A stretch of DNA of 64,000 bases from Minisyncoccota bacterium (lineage in GTDB: Bacteria > Patescibacteriota > Minisyncoccia > Phycocordibacterales > UBA2100). Below, one piece after another: positions 62,960 to 64,000 of the stretch. Made by a program: the position numbers and the translations under genes. How positions within the stretch are numbered: the stretch's first letter is position 1; every line of letters begins with the position of its first letter. Under the pieces are notes generated by a model. It made no database searches and had not been told where the DNA came from. It saw nothing but the letters and a program-made list of their open reading frames with translations. The stretch covers positions 65,356-129,355 of the forward strand of contig JARLIE010000183.1 of NCBI GenBank assembly GCA_031291875.1. The letters run 5' to 3'.

Positions 62960-64000
62960 TTATTGAACGCCGACGCTCGTTGAGGTCGCGATTATCGAAT
63001 TGGAGAGGGTCTGACATTGGATCGTGAAGAGTGTTGTCGCCGTGAGCTTCGGCGAAAACACGCTGCCTGCCGTCGTCGTGCCGATTGTGAACCCACTCGA
63101 AGTGACCACTTGGCAAGCCTTGGTGCCGACAGAACTCCAGGAAATTCTCGCGCTGCCGCCGCTTTTCACGGAAGTCGGTGTCGTCACGATCGAGACGACT
63201 GCTGCAGGCGGCGTTGACGTGGCCGTCGTTGTCGCCTGTAGCGCAGAAACAACAGGCTGCTGCACGAGCGGATAGCCGCTCGTTTGTTGCTGGGGTTGTG
63301 ACGAATAGGCCGGTTGGGATGTTTGCGCGAATTGCGAGGGCGCTCCGACGGGCGTCGTCGTGTAGGTCGGATTATTCGTGTACGGATATCCGGCGGTGGT
63401 CGGCCATGGGTTGGCAGGTTTTGGTTGGGCCGGACGATCGTCGGGAGCGGTGTATTGATTGGGGTTGGACGGATCCTGCGCTACCGGAACCGGAGTTACA
63501 GGAATCGGCTGACCATTTTGATCCAACTGAAGTGTTCCGTCGGGGTTAGTAAGGAATTGGCCAGTGCCGTCCGTATTCGGCGATTGCGTTGTAGTAATCG
63601 GCTTGCCGTTTCCATCGAGAATCGGCTGGCCATTTTGATCGACGAACTGATACGTCGGTACCGGTGCTGGAACGACGCCTTGGTATACATACGCCATCGT
63701 TACAGGCCCCGCTTCCAACGAGTCCCTATGTCCTGGCTCAATTTGTCCGTGGGTACCGACTTCCCAACCAAGCTGATCCATCGCCACGTTGGTAATTTTT
63801 TCCATCGCCACGATCTGCGCGGGCGTCGGATTATCCCCTTGATTGGTCAAGCCTTGTATCTCGATACCGGGCCCCATTTTATTGGTGGTCGCGGCATGGA
63901 ACGAAAGTGCGTCTACGGGTGCGACTACTACCAGCGTTCCGTCTCTTTGCAAAACCATTTGAGCCGCCGGGCTGCCGTTATTATTCTGACTTATCTCCGT
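62960..64000 (-). CDS. Surface protein with an Amidase_2-like (N-acetylmuramoyl-L-alanine amidase) domain; 5' end outside the window
   Basis: FHA...N..GPGIEIQG...PTPAQ...VGTH, then a Pro/Gln/Thr linker and an Ig-like C-terminus. The frame is open to position 64000. Confidence 0.62.
   Translation of the reverse strand, partial: TEISQNNNGSPAAQMVLQRDGTLVVVAPVDALSFHAATTNKMGPGIEIQGLTNQGDNPTPAQIVAMEKITNVAMDQLGWEVGTHGQIEPGHRDSLEAGPVTMAYVYQGVVPAPVPTYQFVDQNGQPILDGNGKPITTTQSPNTDGTGQFLTNPDGTLQLDQNGQPIPVTPVPVAQDPSNPNQYTAPDDRPAQPKPANPWPTTAGYPYTNNPTYTTTPVGAPSQFAQTSQPAYSSQPQQQTSGYPLVQQPVVSALQATTTATSTPPAAVVSIVTTPTSVKSGGSARISWSSVGTKACQVVTSSGFTIGTTTAGSVFSPKLTATTLFTIQCQTLSNSIIATSTSVGVQ

Overview
This looks like a 64 kb chromosomal segment of a small-genome Patescibacteria/CPR bacterium, probably Parcubacteria. 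That assignment is an inference from the short IF-2, the tandem VirB2/TrbC-like pilins, the degenerate HisRS, HtrA and MBL paralogues, and widespread leaderless genes. The backbone carries parB, an RND pair, miaA, rpmG, clpB, iscS, infB-rbfA, gyrA, mscL, rpsA, pth, lepB, a bS21-like gene, ybeY, ftsA-ftsZ, trxB, pyrF-pyrE, htpX, lemA and 8 tRNAs. The five most notable signals are: (1) a compact E2-like / E1(ThiF) / ubiquitin-like operon with no JAB protease, next to tRNA-Trp; (2) a structured non-coding element found twice, behind tRNA-Tyr and tRNA-Leu(TAG), whose first arm is the reverse complement of its own tRNA's 3' end and whose core shows compensatory base changes; (3) a probable diversity-generating-retroelement target gene with no RT or template repeat in the window; (4) three direct repeats (CATACSTCCGATACTAAAT-N6-GGCGG) that divide a tRNA-Ser-adjacent island into cassette-like modules; (5) a PanD-like decarboxylase that lacks the substrate-binding Arg. 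All calls come from reading motifs by eye. No database searches were run.
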